Source: Lingula anatina (Eukaryota > Animalia > Brachiopoda). Taken from it: a DNA stretch of 64,000 nt. Below, piece by piece: positions 13,601 to 24,365 of the stretch (positions within the stretch are counted from its first letter, which is position 1; every line of letters starts with the position of its first letter). The notes beneath the pieces are model-generated. The model was not told where the DNA came from and did no database searches. It worked only from the letters and a program-made list of their open reading frames with translations. Both the position numbers and the translations under genes were made by a program. The stretch is taken from assembly GCA_051362555.1 (NCBI GenBank), contig CM120640.1:45300788-45364787 (forward strand). Reading direction: 5' to 3'.

Positions 13601-14423
13601 GAACAACAACAAGCCTATACATGTGCCACGCCCCACAGAGAAAGGTGCTTTAACACGTACTGGATGTTTCTTGTAACCTTTGGTCTATGTGGTCATTATA
13701 AGAAGGATAAGGGAACCGTGCTGTACTTTTAGCCTTATCTTGAAAATAGTTTTTTCTTTTGTCATTATCTATTGATACAGGAATACTTAAATATTATATA
13801 TTCTCCATTCAAGTATAACCGAGATATATACAAAACACAGCAAACCATAAATATTAATTTACTGTATTGAGAGCTATTCATGAAAAAGAAAAATATCACG
13901 ATGCCTAACACTTATCAAGGTATAAGTCGGTATCTGTATTTATTACAATAGTCACTGAAGCTTGAAACAAATGGGAGTTTTTGTGCAATAACAGAATACC
14001 TGACAAAATAAATCAATAATAAAAAATACGAACTACCTGTAAGTAGATGAAAAATATAAAAACGATCATACCAGCAATCTTACTTTTTCCAGACGGCGCC
14101 ATAGACACCCCCTGCTTTTAATTTTCGGTCCCGGTGCAGCGCATGCTGGTTTACGTAGACAGTTTCTTCCTACAGATAATTTGGATGATGAAGTTGCCCC
14201 ACACCATTTCGTCCGTCTTACTGGCCACCGCTTCCCCGATGAACTAGTGGCTCCCCATCATCACCATACTGACCACGAATTTCCGTTAAATGGGGCTAGT
14301 AGTGCTTTGCTCGGATTGAACGGGAATCAGCGTGGCCATGTCGGTTTTGATATGAATAACACTGAGGAAGAGTCAGAAGAATCGGATCCAGCATTGCCTG
14401 CTGATGGCTGCTCCATTACATGA
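10647..14423 (+). CDS. RING-finger (C4C4) plus TRAF/SIAH-like zinc-finger protein, probable E3 ligase, 393 aa, 7 exons
   Basis: Exons 10647-10732, 11400-11663, 12156-12275, 12756-12914, 13151-13264, 13537-13644 and 14093-14423 join with GT-AG into 1182 nt with no stop; all six introns are phase 2. The N-terminus MNAGGYDEE...TCNVC-WNVVRKAVRCGECEKYFCGGCIHNW...CPTCR is followed by CKKCPWKG..DHRC, resembling RNF41/RNF151/TRAF N-termini. Confidence 0.75.
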
Positions 14424-15320
14424 ATGGCACGGGAAATTACTTGACAGCCCGACTCGAAGGAAAGACGTACTTTGATTGTGTAATTTATGTTGCACCGGGG
14501 CTTGTGTATGTACATGTTCTAAATAAGTATGTTATGTGATATGTTACTAAAAAGTTTGTCTAATTAAGTTGAGGGCAAGCACAAATGAAGTCCTGTCACA
14601 AATTTGAAAATTTGTTTATTATATATAGGCTATTTATTAAGTCTCAAGTTAACTGTTTTTTTTTTTCATTAGCATGTAGGATAGGCATTTCAGATCTACT
14701 GTATGAAAATATTTATGTTGCAATCATGGTGACAGGATAATCAATTGAATCTGAACATTTTCCTTGAAATTTTATTTAAAATAGTTTGATCTCAGAAGTA
14801 TATTTATGAACAAACATTACAAGGTTTTTTTAATGTTCTAATCGAAATTGTATAGCTAAAAAGTACACGAAAAGCGTTCTTGAAAATCCATATACTTTTC
14901 CTCTGGCGGAAGAAAAACGAAATATGATTTAAAAAGAAGTTTTAATTAAAATATCCTCATTACAAGCTGTGTTTCATTTCCTATCAAAGCAAGTTCTAAG
15001 CGTTCCTGATCAGTGATAAATGTTACTGTTTTACATTTCAAATAGATAGTTATATTTGTTGTATAGCTTAAATGCCCATATGCATCAATGTATGTTCCAA
15101 TACGTAAAACAATGAAGTGAAAATTAGATCAAATGAAATTTCTTTGCATTAAATTTTTCAAAATGGAAAGGCCCATTGGGTTTATGTGTGGCACGTGGTA
15201 CAAGTTTATAGTTGAACTCGGGGAAAAGCTTTTTTATGTTCTAAAATCGCCCGCGTAACTGTAGATTTGACATTCCCTTGGGGTAGTAGGCCTAAAGATA
15301 TGTAAATCTATCAAAATAAA

Positions 15321-16870
15321 GAGGTCAACAAATACATGTATCTAGAGGTCAACAAATACATGTATCTAGGTCTCCTTCTAAATCGATCAGGAAGCTTTAC
15401 AGAAACCAAAAATAATCTCCTACAACGTGCTACAAAGGCATTCTTCAGTCTGTCCAAGTCTCTTCCACTTCAGAGTAATGTTAACACATCCTTAAAAGAG
15501 AAATTATTTGATACCCTCATTTCCCCAATCCTTACATATTGCTCAGAGATATGGGGCTACTCGGTGTCAACGGATAACTGCCCTACAGAAAAGTTGCACT
15601 TAAAATTTTGCAAACAAATCCTTGGCCTCCATCAAAACGTATCAAACTATGGTGTATACACTGAACTTGGCCGCCTTCCCCTCTATGCAAAAATACAGTT
15701 TGCATCTGTCAAACTATGGTGTAAAATTATTCAAATGTCTGATGCTACACTAATGAAACAAGCATACATACAAGAGATAAATAGTTACAAGTTGCTGACA
15801 CCCTATGTCCCACCCGCAGTCCACACACTCAGACCAGCTTGTATGTCATGGTCTGAGGGTATCCGAAAAATCCTTTTCACATTTGGCCTTGGTGATGTGT
15901 GGCTTAGCCAGTCACCTCCAAAAAACTTCACCACAATTTTCAAACAAAGACAAACTGACCACTTTACCAAAATATGCAAACTTCAAGCCAACAGTAAATT
16001 ATCTCTCTTCCGTATACTTAACCAAAAGTGTGAAAGGGCAACTTATTTTGATAAAATAACAAATTTCGACACCTTGTCAACCCTTGCTAAACTACGTCTT
16101 AGTGACCATAAACTCCACATCAAAACTGGGCGGCACACCAGGCCAAAAACTGAAAGGTGCGACAGAATCTGTCACCTGTGCACACAAGGGGTAATTGAGG
16201 ATGAATACCATTTTATATTCCAATGCCCAATGTACAAAACAGACCGAGTCACCTTTTTCAGTAAAACCTCATTCCTAAAAGCTGATTCAAGGTCACCAGA
16301 CAGTCAATTATGCCATGTATTTAACAGTGCCAACAAAGATACTTTGGTGTCCCTCTCCAACTTTATAATCAAATCATTCGAGAAAAGAAGTGAAGTGGTT
16401 GCTCTGCTTGGTAACTCTTAACATATCCCTTAAAATGTCAGTGTATGGTCCCACTGTTGTGAGAAGTGACTCGGCAGTGGGACTGAACATGGCACAGTAT
16501 TTATATCTGTGTAACTTATTTACTTATCTGTCTTATGTAATTGTCATTAATCGTAATTATCAATGTCATCAAACTGGCTCTGAACAGCCATGTAAACAGC
16601 TATGTAACGGTGGTTTTAAGTTTTTTAAAAACATATTCTTTTTGTGTAACATGTTTATAGTATGTTTATGGTAAATTTATAATCACACCAAGGTTTATCT
16701 CATTGCTTAGATAGAATATTTTTATGAGTAATTTTACTAGTACTTATCTTCATTATATAAAAAGATGGTAATGCACTAACTGTATTGTATCGTCATTTGT
16801 ATATCATATTGTACAAGCTAGGTCATGACAATCTATGTACCAGTACAGAAATAAATTGAATTGAATTGAA
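15321..16870 (+). mobile_element. 5'-truncated non-LTR retrotransposon (RTEX-like LINE): RT thumb plus CCHC zinc knuckle
   Basis: ORF 15336-16421 has YLG...SGSF, KFCKQILG..ELGRLPL and RLSDHKLHIKTGRH..CHLC..IEDEYHFIFQCP. It ends in AATAAA plus a (TTGAA)n tail at 16849-16870. TSD TATCAAAATAAA lies at 15309-15320 and 16871-16882. Confidence 0.9.
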
Positions 16871-17146
16871 TATCAAAATAAATAATAATAACAAGTTAAC
16901 AAATCTAGGAAGTTTAGCTCATTAAACGTCATATGTAAAATAATAATGATAAATTTCCTCTACTGACCCAGTTTATCAAGTATTCGGTCGAAAAACCAAC
17001 TTATCTGGTCCAACTAATGAAATTGTGTTAGTTGCGTAAGTATTTTTCACTCATCTATGCGCAAGGATACATACGAACTACATCTTGTCAACGGGAACAA
17101 TCCAAGCGTCCTACTCGATTCGTACACAGATTCCAAGGATTCAGAC

Positions 17147-19206
17147 ATGGCGTGCGTATTTCTTTAATCAATTCTTCCTTATTAAATCAATCATGTACGT
17201 CACTTAGACCTTAGTTTTGTCTAGTTCAGTTGTTTGATTTTTAAATGCATGTCGCAAATTAATTGATGTTTAAGTTGATGTGCTTGTAATATGTACCGCC
17301 ATCTTGATAAATTTGTTTTAACTTCAAAGTGCAAGGAATATCTCAACAAGCGGCGTTTGTAAAATTTCGAAATAAAGCCAAAGCAAATTTGCAAATATTT
17401 GGAGGCGATACTTAGTTAGCAGTAATTGAATAAATGACATATCTGGTTTCAGGAACAATGAATGCAGAATTTACGTGGGAAACCTTCCCCCAGACATCAG
17501 AACAAAGGACATTGAAGATTTATTCTATAAGTTTGGTCGCATAACCTTCATCGATCTGAAAAATAGGAGAGGTCCACCATTTGCTTTTGTAGAGTTTGAC
17601 GATCCAAGGTAATGTCTTAGAATTTTATAAATGGAACTGGTCTTGGTGTGACTCAGCACCGAATGGCTATCGGCCCACATCATATTATTTTACCTATCTT
17701 AGCATCAAACTATCATCTGTGCCCATTGTAAACCCCTTACAGATGCAGTACAGTGCTAGTATCAGATCTACTATTTACGTAAAAATTGAACAAATTGGTT
17801 CTGCTTCAAAGTCATTTTTATGCACACAAGTAATGTCCTACATATATTTTCAGCAATAGGTCTGTATTTTAACTCCTTCGCTACTCATTGTAAGCTTATA
17901 ACACCCCTCCACTTAATAATACTTTCTTGTTAAGTAGATTCCATCAGTGAAAATATTTTTATTAATATTCCAGAGATGCTGGGGATGCAGTGCATGCACG
18001 TGACGGCTATGACTATGATGGCTATAGACTGAGAGTAGAATTTCCAAGGGGATCTGGACCTGGTGGCCCTCGTGGAGGTGGAGGCGGTGGACGTGGTGCA
18101 AGGCGAGGAGGACCCCCTTCAAGAAGATCAGATTACAGAGTTTTGGTGTCAGGTATACAATGGTATTATCAAATTATCCTAGGAGGAGGCTCTTCAGGAT
18201 GAGAATGAAGGACAAGGACCACTTTTACATAACTCAGGATACTGTGTAAAAGATGGATTTTGCAAAACCAGCAGTAGAGGAAGACAACATCTCTCTATTT
18301 TGAATAGGTTTGAGTGTGTGAAATGAGGTAATTTCTGTGGGTAAAAATAGTCAATTAGGTAGCAAAGAAATATTTTATTTTTGAAGTTTTTTCAGTTCTT
18401 TGCCATTTAGGTATATTATTTGCTATATACCAATCTCTGTTCCCTCACAAGGATTGCCCTCTACTGGAAGCTGGCAGGATCTGAAGGACCACATGCGTGA
18501 GGCTGGAGATGTTTGCTATGCAGATGTTTTCAAAGATGGGACAGGGGTGGTGGAGTTCCTCAGATATGAAGACATGAAATATGCTGTGAGGAAATTGGAT
18601 GACTCTAAGTTCAGGTCACATGAGGTGAGAAGATTCTGTAATAAGTGTTAATATTGGAGGTATGCAATATCTGGTGAGAGAGACTGTTGAAAAAATTTAC
18701 AAAATACAAAGTGTAAGTGATCTTGTGAAAAGATTCTTTATCAGATGTGAAAGTGGATACCTTGTATAGTGAGGGGCAATTACTTACAGCAAAGATATTG
18801 TAAATAAAAATAACATTGTTCATCCTGATAACTGAATTGCAGCACAGATCAGTTTTTGCCATGGAATTTCAAATATAAGACCTCTCTATTAGTGTTATAG
18901 TGGCACAAGGTTAAGTACAGGATAGTCTGGATTATTAAACAGCTAAATAAGGTTTTGTGTAATGTTTGTCTCTTGTTTGCAGTTTTATTTACATAAAAAG
19001 GGAAAACCTAATATTTCCAGGGAGATACAAGCTACATCAGAGCAAAAGAAGACTCCAGTGGTAGGAGAGATGGTGGAGGTGGCCATATGGGAGATGGCAT
19101 GGGACGAGGTGGTAGAGATCGCTCAAGAAGTCGTAGTTTTTCACCACCAAGACGCAGTAGAGGGTCACCAAGCTATTCACCGATGAGAAGAGCTTCTCCA
19201 TACTGA
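17147..19206 (+). CDS. SRSF1: SR splicing factor SRSF1/SRSF9-like (SF2/ASF), copy A, 232 aa
   Basis: Exons 17147-17151, 17453-17608, 17974-18152, 18452-18624 and 19021-19206. RRM1 ([35 protein letters not shown]), Gly linker, pseudo-RRM SWQDLKD, and a short RS tail ending [15 protein letters not shown]. Confidence 0.95.
18170..18335 (+). promoter_or_regulatory. Conserved GGA-rich element in intron 3 of SRSF copy A (putative poison/splicing-regulatory element)
   Basis: Aligns with copy B at about 25490-25675, whereas introns 1, 2 and 4 are not alignable by eye. Contains repeated AGGA motifs and a donor-like gag|gtaatt at 18327. Confidence 0.65.
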
Positions 19207-19649
19207 GTTATGCGGTTTAATTTTCACAGCAGCATCTTTTGAGTGCTTTGACTGTTGTCACATTTATAAAGACTTGTAAAGATTTCTCAAGTAAAGTGGA
19301 CCAAAGGTTTTCAATGTAGACTTTCAAGTGGTTAAAGAAAGTGATTTTTCTCATAATTATAAATAGATTGATTTTTAATTGTCTGCTGAATGACATTTTT
19401 AACATGATATTTTTATTTCTTAGAGACTGCATTTGAAGAGATATAAGGTGTCATAAAATTTCAGAAAAAAAAATGTTTGAAATATTTGCATAGACATTTG
19501 AAGATGCTTCATTGCATGGTTTCCATTGCAGTTTGAAGATTTGGTCTGTGAGTTTTGTCCTCTACTTACGTCTCCCTAGAATGAATGTAGTGTGAATGGT
19601 TGGTTGAGATTCTTGCACATATTATCCTCATTGCTAAAACAATATATAT

Positions 19650-20600
19650 TTCACAAGCTAATTCACAATTTTATTTCTATTTGATATAAGGTGCTTGGGA
19701 GTCTCCTGCCATTCTTTTACTGGATGCGGAAATACAGGGATCATATTAGTATATAGGATAGGAGGATTTAAACATAGGAGGAAACCTCAGGATCCACTAG
19801 GATCACTGGATTGTTTGGGAGATAGGGATAAGTTTGATGTTCGTATAAATATAAATTTGCATCTCTCAAAAATTAAAACTCTTTATTTTGGAAACTAAAT
19901 TGCCTAAAATTTTCTTGAGTTAATGAAAAATATTTAAGTTAATACAATTTCATTCCATAAAAAAATAAAGCTTATAAAAAATGAATGCCCCTAAACATCA
20001 CAAAAGCAAAAGAGGAAGTGGATCATATTTGGAAAAGGCAAAAAATCGGATGGAGCAGTTTCCTCTATGACGGAACAAGTCTCACAAACTAAAACTTAAG
20101 TCCTTTGGAATGAAGATACTTATTACTGGAGGTCTTGTCTAGGAGAAATCTTGGAATTCAAAAAACTAATATTAGGAATAGGAAAAGATCTTGACTCTGC
20201 ATATGGATTGGTAATATTATAACATGGAAGGAGACCTTTAACATAGTTCTTGCACTTTCATTAGGATAAGGAAACATTTTTGGGAAGGAAATTGCGAGGG
20301 AAATGTGGAAGACCTCATTAGGAAAGGAAAATGGGCTCATAAAGGAAATGATGGTATAGTATTGAAATTGGTTACATGTTGGGTTTTATATCTACAATTG
20401 CCCCTTCTTTTACAGATTACCTTCTGTGTGTTCTGTGTTAATTGTGCACTTGTCTAGTCTCGTGTGTTTGAATGTTGAAAGTGTGGGAGAATGGATGGTA
20501 AGATTGGCTGAATTTGACTGTCTTCACTGGAATAATGTCTGTTTGAGCATTTCCCTGGAATTGTCAAATGCAGTTTGAATAAAAATTTTGAACTTGATTC
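19650..20600 (+). promoter_or_regulatory. Conserved 3'UTR regulatory blocks and polyA signal of SRSF copy A
   Basis: 19668-19826 is identical to the reverse complement of 24187-24345. About 20120-20520 is highly similar to about 23460-23865. AATAAA is at 20578-20583. Confidence 0.75.
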
Positions 20601-20752
20601 CACAATTTGTTTTGTTCAATTAATTTTAAAGTATAATGGAGAAAGAAAGATCTTTTACTAATTGTAAACTCCCTAGATGAAAGTCAGATAAGTTGGTAGG
20701 CATTCCTGACATTTTTCCCTTGTACAGTACATCCTAAGTAATATTTACACAG

Positions 20753-21167
20753 AGGAGCTTTTGAATGCATCGAAAAGCTCCTGTTGAGCTGCATTTTGCA
20801 ACTGGTTACAAAATGCATTCAGTTGCAAAATGCGGTCCTACTAAGCAGAGACGCATTTTGCATCCAAAAAAAATTGTGATAACGCATTTTGCAACTACAA
20901 CGCATTTTGCAACCAGGATTTTTTTCTAAGTGCCTAAAACAGTTTAAAGCACGAAACGGGTAGAATTAGAGTGGGGGCGGGTTTGCTTCGACTATGTATG
21001 CTGAAACTAGCCAGGTTGCCCCTGGGATGGAAGATAATATAAAACTTATATTATGCGTTTTCATGATTTTCTTTGGTTGCAAAATGCGTTCAGTTGCAAA
21101 ATGCGGCTCGCATTTTGCAACTGAACGTATTTTGCAACTGGTTGCAAAATGTGGCTCTAAAGCTCCT
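20753..21167. mobile_element. Non-autonomous element with a 5' hairpin, subterminal IR and GCATTTTGCAAC repeats (HINE/MITE-like)
   Basis: aggagctttt (20753) pairs with aaaagctcct (20772-20781) and with aaagctcct (21159-21167). There are many gcattttgcaac/gttgcaaaatgc units in both orientations. Confidence 0.65.
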
Positions 21168-21961
21168 TACATCCACATAAAGATTGGACATTTAAATTTC
21201 TGCACAAGCTCCATACTGTGCGAGTACATTTGAAATGAGGAAATGTTACATGGTGCTCATTATTTGGACATACTGTTCTTTTCTATGTGAAAAAAAAACG
21301 ACGAAAAATGAAAGACCTGGGCTTGAAAACACGGAAACAGTATATATTGCAACTGCCTTCTAACATTGTGATCAGTTGCTATTTGTGGTGGCAATTCCCC
21401 CCCCCCCCCCCATAAAAAATTACTTAATAAATTCTTCATCAGTATAATTTTTGTCTGTTGAAATAATATTCTTTATGCATAGCTTTCTTCATATGAAAAT
21501 TTCTTTAAAAAGAAGCGTTACCGAGTTGCCAAGATCTCATCCTTTTTATCAGAGGTACTGAGTGAATCAGCCTTTATAAGCTTCCTTGCTTTATCATGTG
21601 CTACAATGAGTGAAAAATAAAAATTGCCATCAAGTTCAATTACATAAGACATTTTAAAATGATGAATGCCGTTTCAAGGTCAACTTGCTGCAAATAATAG
21701 CCTCGCAAAGAGAGATGATAAAACCTGCGAAACAATTTACTCCCTTCAAGAGATGAGTGTTTTTGCTGGATGGTAATTAAAAAGGTCTAACATAAATAAT
21801 GTCACTCACTTGAGCTGATTGCATCTGGCAAGTCTCCATAGAGTTGGGTCGATCCAAGTAGACTGATGGTGTGTTTTTCACACCAGATGCTTTTGATCCT
21901 ACCTCCTCCGTAAGATCTCAAATACAGTCACAGATGGGAAAGAGGACTTCAAGGTCATAAG

Positions 21962-22288
21962 TTAAAGGGATAACTACTGTTTGTAAGATATCTATATTTC
22001 ACTATAAATATATTGCAAACAACTCATAGAAATATAATAAATTCTATTTTACCATCAAAACAGCAGTTAACACATTTATTCTGGGGTTTGTGCTTGTCAT
22101 CGCATCACGTGACCTCCATAGATGGATACACTATGTAATAATCTCTTAAGAGAATATTACAAAAAAAAACAAACTTTTTTTAGAAAAAAATGGACTAACT
22201 TCAAATGTGGGAGTGAATTCATTAACCATTGGGAAGTAAGAGAAAATTGTCCTTTACCCCAGGAAAATTCATTTTTTGACCAAAATGA
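21962..22288. mobile_element. Non-autonomous TTAA-targeting DNA transposon (Kolobok-like), copy 1
   Basis: ttaa-agggataactactgtt ... aacagttgttatccct-ttaa. The internal sequence matches 33133-33466 and about 59680-59880 in the opposite orientation. Confidence 0.7.
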
Positions 22289-22476
22289 ACAGTTGTTATC
22301 CCTTTAAAAGGCAAAAGCCAAACGGATAAAAAAAATTCTGCACACCTGTTTCTTTGGTTAGATATCATATGTGAAAGTATTGTGTTAGCAAATAATCAGG
22401 GCACCAATAATTTTTTCTGTAAAAACAATCTGGCATTTTAATTTTTATAAGTTTAAGGGACCATTCCCACAGATAT

Positions 22477-22678
22477 TTGGATCTATCTATCTCTCTGGGG
22501 AGTCTTACTAAATTTGCTATCATCATAACCGTCTTAACTGTCTGTCACCCCTAATAAAGCCATTAGGGGGGAATTATCTTTACCCCCAGCTGATTCGGTA
22601 GGCGTGACAGACATTTAAGCCTCTTGAGCTGATAGCAATTTAGCAAGAACACCCAGGGAGTTAGATCGATCCAGATGG
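22477..22678. mobile_element. Old palindromic MITE
   Basis: tggatctatcta..ctgggg..tcttactaaatttgctatca..tgtctgtcac pairs with gtgacagaca..tgatagcaatttagcaaga..cccag..tagatcgatcca. Confidence 0.6.
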
Positions 22679-23394
22679 ATCGTTCTAAGTATGGGAACCC
22701 AGTCTTCTTTACAACCTTCATTGGATTGGATCAGGATACTTTTTCTGACAGATTTAAACACTGTTCATTTTAAAATGAAAAATAATTAAGGCTACATGAA
22801 AAAAGTGTGTGGTGGTGGGGGGGGGGGGGGGGGGGGGGGGGGAGGGAGGTTGTGCAGCCATATTTTCTCTTTAAAAGCTGTCTAAATTATAGAAAATACT
22901 GTATCTCGAAACTCCCAGTATTAAGCGCCTTTTTTTGTTTAAAGAATTCTTATCTTTTTAGTCAAAATACTACATGATTATGAGACTTAGCACTTTGTCA
23001 TGATTCTTGTACCAAAATCCATAGCAAAAAATGTGTAAACATCCAATTTAAAAATTGAAATAAGAACCAGTTTATCGTAAAAATAATTTCTTACATCTTT
23101 GTATCAATTCTGTTGTTCAATATTTGGTCTTTAGAAACCTTTCAGTTATCTTTTCAGACATGAGCCTAGGTTTTCAAAAAAATAACCTTTGAACACTTAT
23201 TGAATCTCAGCGTGACAAATTTCAGGAACCATCAGAATTGACTTTAAAAACGCAGAATTCCACGTTACCTCTGAAAAGCTTATGTCTGATCTTTTTCAAA
23301 ACCTTTAAATTTAATTTGAATTTCTGCATTGAATTCATTAAAAATAAAAACCACAAGTAAAAATAAAAACAAAACAAGATCATAAGATTCATTT

Positions 23395-24365
23395 ACAAAT
23401 TTTATTCAAAATTATAAAAAAATTACAATCCCAGAGATGTGCTCAAGCTGACTTTTTACCAGTGCTGTCAAATTCGGCCAATCTTACCATCCACTCTCCC
23501 ACACTTTCAACATTCAAACACACAAGAGACTAGACAAGTGCACAATTAACACAATATACACAGAAGGTTATCTGTAAAAGAAGGGCCAATATTATAGATA
23601 TAAAACCAACATGTAACCAATTTTAATACTATACCATCATTTCCTGTATGGGCCCACTTTCCTTTCCTAATGAGGTGTTCCACATTTCCCTCGCAATTTC
23701 CTTCCCAAAAATGTTTCCTTATCCTACTGAAAGTGCAAGAACTATGTTAAAGGTCTCCTTCCATGTTATAATATTATCAATCCTGATGCAGAGTTAAGAT
23801 CTTTTCCTATTCCTAATATTAGTTTTTGGAATCCCAAGATTTCTCCTAGATAAGACCTCCAGTACCCAGTTGCTTCATTCCCAAACTTTTTAAAGTGTTT
23901 TTAGTTTGTGAGATTTGTTCACAACGGCTCCATCCAATGGTTTTTTGAGAATCTTTCCAAATTTGATCCATTTTCTCAGTGTAGCCAGTTTTATCTTGAG
24001 CAAAGGTAAAAGGATATCTCCAAAATATTTTCAATTTGATTTCAGTGGAATGAATTACAGTCAAATGTTAAATTAACTTGTTTCTGAATGTTTATTATGG
24101 CCATATGCCTTCTTTTTCAACTAACAAAAAGTTAAAATCAATTTAGAAAGAAATGAATTTATATTCATCCAAAGATCCAGAATATTCCTATCTCCCAAAC
24201 AATCCAGTGATCCTAGTGGATCCTGAGGTTTCCTCCTATGTTTAAATCCTCCTATCCTATATACTAATATGATCCCTGTATTTCCGCATCCAGTAAAAGA
24301 ATGGCAGGAGACTCCCAAGCACCTTATATCAAATAGAAATAAAATCGTGAATTAGCTTGTGAAAT
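23395..24365 (-). promoter_or_regulatory. Conserved 3'UTR blocks and polyA signal of SRSF copy B
   Basis: Mirror of the copy A 3'UTR, with AATAAA on the minus strand at 23401-23406. Confidence 0.75.

Noticed and set aside
15336-16421. 361-aa ORF as a host gene
   Set aside because: It is the 3' part of a LINE ORF bounded by a TSD and microsatellite tail, and its ATG comes from the junction duplication.
18170-18185. cctAG|gaggagg as a cassette-exon acceptor in SRSF copy A intron 3
   Set aside because: It lies only about 30 nt from the donor, and the AG is absent in copy B (cctgg).
19695-19898. Duplicated ORF MGVSCHSFTG... (also 24121-24318) as a conserved micropeptide
   Set aside because: It starts at TTG, the identity is at nucleotide level and extends upstream of the ORF, and the C-termini diverge. 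A UTR RNA element explains it better.
20785-21150. GCATTTTGCAAC repeats as a CRISPR-like array
   Set aside because: The units are 12 bp, mixed in orientation and irregularly spaced, the context is eukaryotic, and there are no cas genes.
22816-22848. G/C homopolymer runs (also 21396-21411 and 59287-59310) as functional G-quadruplexes
   Set aside because: These are simple homopolymers, one lies inside a MITE, and their lengths may be sequencing-dependent.
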